DNA of 63,590 nucleotides, counting the filler, from Hyphochytrium catenoides (taxonomy: Eukaryota; Protista; Hyphochytriomycota): the NCBI GenBank assembly GCA_900088475.1. It is 10 parts of 10 records of this genome, joined end to end, with 100 filler letters (N's around TTAATTAATTAA, not from the genome) between each part and the next. Parts side by side here need not be neighbours in the genome. Positions count along the whole stretch, not along the records: positions 58,484 to 63,590 come from FLMG01002158.1; 9 more parts are not named here. One strand, 5' to 3'. The notes beneath the pieces are model-generated. The model was not told the DNA's origin. It saw nothing but the letters and a program-made list of their open reading frames with translations, and ran no database searches. How positions within the stretch are numbered: the first letter of the stretch is position 1; each line of letters begins with the position of its first letter. Made by a program: the position numbers and the translations under genes. Shown piece after piece: positions 62,715-63,590 of this stretch.

Positions 62715-63110
62715 GCTAATTTCCTCCTATGTCAACAGTTTTACGCCCCTTGGTGCGGACACTGCAAAAACTTGGTGAGTGCTCTCTCTCTCTCTCTTTC
62801 TCTCTCAGTGTCTAGTTCCCTCTCCCTGTCTGCTAGCTCTATTATTCTGTCTGTCTTCCCATAAAAGCGTTGATTCCTCAGTTCATTTGTCTCTTCTCCT
62901 TTACCAGATGACAAAGTCTCTTCTCTCTCGGAGCAATGTGCTATCCTTTCTTTCTTTCTCTCTCTCTCTTTCGTTCTCTCTCTCTCTCTTTCTCAGTCTC
63001 TCCCTTTCAACTCCGCCTAAGTTCCGTTCATTCTGTGTCTCTTCTCATTCAGGCTCCAGAATGGGAAAAGGCAGCAGCAGCTCTGAAGGGAATAGTCAAC
63101 GTTGCAGCAG
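61622..63110 (+). CDS. PDIA6: Protein disulfide-isomerase A6/P5-like, first thioredoxin domain; continues beyond the window
   Basis: Exons 61622-61750, 62283-62309, 62739-62774 and 63053-63110. Signal peptide + SSVIELNDSNFKSKVL|KDDGVWMVE|FYAPWCGHCKNL|APEWEKAAAALKGIVNVAA. Confidence 0.92.
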
Positions 63111-63113
63111 GTG

Positions 63114-63144
<31 letters not shown>

Positions 63145-63180
63145 TTTTTCTCTCTCTTCTTCTTCTCTCTTTTTCTCCCT

Positions 63181-63299
63181 TCCTCTTTCGTCTCTCATTG
63201 TTTCTCTTTCCCTTTCTCTCTTGCTCTCCCTCTCTTTTTCTCTCTTCCTCTTTCCTCTCTCATTGTTTCTCTTTCCCTTTCTCTCTTGCTCTCCCTCTC
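63181..63299. repeat. About 65-bp-period tandem duplication in a PDI intron
   Basis: TCTCTCATTGTTTCTCTTTCCCTTTCTCTCTTGCTCTCCCTCTC at 63191-63234 and 63256-63299. Confidence 0.8.
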
Positions 63300-63590
63300 C
63301 TTTTCCCCCTCTTTCTTTCTTTCTCACTCAATCTCTCTTTCTCTCGCTCTCTCTTTTTCTCTCTGAGTCTTTCTTTCTTCTCACTCCCTCACTCTCTCTC
63401 TCTCTCACACATTCTCTCTCTCTCTCTCTCTCGGCTAATGAGCATTCTATTAGAACTCCACTATTTCTTGAGCCTTCTGTTCTTTCTCTTTTGTCTTCAT
63501 CAAATTTCTCTCTCCTTTGAATCTACCCCTATTACTGTCACTCACCCTCACTGCTCTCTCCCTCTTTCTCTCTCTCTCTCTCTCTCTCTC

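Noticed and set aside
686-63520. The many ORFs rich in SLSLSL or ERERER
   Set aside because: They are translations of (CT)n/(GA)n microsatellites, which lack stop codons in all frames. Most lie in introns of genes modelled above.

Overview
Eukaryotic (flagellated protist-like, possibly stramenopile; this is inference) draft or MAG sequence. It consists of 10 pieces joined by artificial 100-nt N44-TTAATTAATTAA-N44 spacers, so adjacency across spacers may not be real. It is saturated with (CT)n/(GA)n microsatellites, which generate most of the ORF track as spurious SLSL/ERER frames. Manual splicing supports these genes: a WRKY19-like CCCH-repeat protein, an Oxa1/Cox18 insertase, a long coiled-coil protein, a TOM1/THH1-type multi-TM protein, a Jmj4/Cupin_8 JmjC oxygenase, a GT71 mannosyltransferase, the KATNIP 3' end, a GT27 ppGalNAc-transferase, the PDIA6 5' end, and several unknown multi-exon genes. 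Also present are a Ty1/copia element and a disrupted Crinkler-like coiled-coil/kinase gene. The most interesting signals are: (1) the copia polyprotein ORF is uninterrupted but lacks the whole RT catalytic core in frame; (2) many introns have a polarised 5'-(GA)n...(CT)n-3' layout that could base-pair across the intron; (3) the GT27 metal motif reads EAH instead of DxH; (4) decayed intergenic DNA is rich in CTAG/TAG, suggesting RIP-like or non-CG-methylation hypermutation. All family calls come from recalled motifs, not database searches.
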